From the NCBI GenBank assembly GCA_021163115.1, contig JAGGXK010000099.1, positions 1 to 61,910 of the forward strand: DNA of 61,910 nt, given 5' to 3'. A model generated the notes under the pieces. That model did no database searches, was not told where the DNA came from, and worked only from the letters and a program-made list of their open reading frames with translations. The stretch is from Desulfurococcales archaeon. Its GTDB lineage: Archaea > Thermoproteota > Thermoprotei_A > Sulfolobales > Desulfurococcaceae. The translations under genes and the position numbers were made by a program. Each line of letters begins with the position of its first letter. Position 1 is the first letter of the stretch. Positions 61,285 through 61,910 of the stretch are shown here, one piece after another.

Positions 61285-61417
61285 ATAAGATATCTTTTTC
61301 AATATAGCTATTCAAACTCTTTTTCCCCTCTCTAATTTATCGTAGGTAGTTATGGAAGCGGTTATAGAAAATATTTTAGCAACTATACCTCATGTAATCA
61401 TATATTGGTGCTTATGA

Positions 61418-61910
61418 TTGGGTTTAGGCAGAGCTGCTACATGTATAGCTTTCACGGCTCTATGTTTCTTCCTAGTATCTATTCCTATATCTCAAGCTTA
61501 TAGCTTGGATAGTGTTGTAGTGTATGTATTGGCTGATGGCTCTGCTAAAGTAGTCTATACAATATCTATCTCTAGTCCTCCTGAAAGGGTTTCTTTAAAG
61601 CTCTTCGGCAGTCCATTGTATATTGAAGCATATTCTGATGACACAGTTGTCCCCGTGGATATTGTTGATGATACCGTTGAGGCTACTGGGCTTGGGGAAA
61701 ACCTTACAATAAAATACTATACACTAGATCTAACAAGCAAGTCTGGAGATACATGGATACTAAACCTTGAAACACCCTATCATGTAACCATTGTCTTACC
61801 AGAAAATGCTCTAGTATACCGTATAGAGCCAGAAAACTTTACAGTAACCCTAGTAGATGGGGAGCCAGGATTTAGCTTCAACCCAGGCAGTATAACCATA
61901 GAATATATAC
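61418..61910 (+). CDS. secreted hypothetical protein, N-terminal part (3' end outside window)
   Basis: Hand translation from TTG 61418 (in-frame TGA at 61415) gives LGLGRAATCIAFTALCFFLVSIPISQAYS... It is signal-peptide-like and open to the window end. Confidence 0.45.
   Translation, partial: MGLGRAATCIAFTALCFFLVSIPISQAYSLDSVVVYVLADGSAKVVYTISISSPPERVSLKLFGSPLYIEAYSDDTVVPVDIVDDTVEATGLGENLTIKYYTLDLTSKSGDTWILNLETPYHVTIVLPENALVYRIEPENFTVTLVDGEPGFSFNPGSITIEYI

Noticed and set aside
1-61910. I looked for CRISPR arrays, rRNA genes, additional tRNAs, integrase genes and prophage- or plasmid-like blocks.
   Set aside because: I found no regularly spaced direct repeats, no rRNA-like GC-rich kilobase segments, no second T-arm/acceptor pattern and no integrase or recombinase ORF. 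The scan was by eye only, so short or degenerate elements could have been missed.

Overview
This is a densely coded 61.9-kb chromosomal segment from an AT-rich archaeon with crenarchaeal features. Those features are a TATA-binding protein, an ATP-dependent DNA ligase, a GPN-loop GTPase, archaeal-type mevalonate genes, and a tRNA carrying a non-canonical bulge-helix-bulge intron. The exact taxon cannot be determined without a database search. I support about 60 protein genes on both strands, many with overlapping or abutting stop and start codons.

Gene content:
- **Housekeeping:** lig, family-4 udg, tbp, serS, glyA, and two eIF-2B-family paralogs.
- **Mevalonate block:** HMG-CoA synthase, a DUF35 protein and HMG-CoA reductase.
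- **Opp/Dpp-type ABC importer:** its operon is interrupted by an antisense radical-SAM plus methyltransferase pair.
- **Other modules:** a MacB/FtsX-type ABC module, a TldD/PmbA pair and an Lhr-type helicase.
- **Glycosylation and envelope genes:** a Dpm1-like GT2, a GtrA-like protein, a QxxRW-type GT2 and a large GT-C protein.
- **Mobile and RNA genes:** one IS200/IS605-type tnpB-only element and one tRNA-Lys(CUU).
- **Not seen:** no rRNA gene and no CRISPR array.

Observations most worth follow-up:
1. Two GC-rich, base-paired intergenic elements (about 41851-42072 and 43349-43649) flank a small zinc-finger/PfkB-kinase operon.
2. A stand-alone 158-aa protein has a GGDEF/minimal-palm-like motif pattern.
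3. The TnpB ORF has no cysteines in its zinc-ribbon segment.
4. The tRNA-Lys intron sits at position 30/31.
5. A block of five overlapping uncharacterised small ORFs lies next to the Lhr helicase.

All family assignments come from motifs I recognise by eye in the translations. No searches or folding programs were run.
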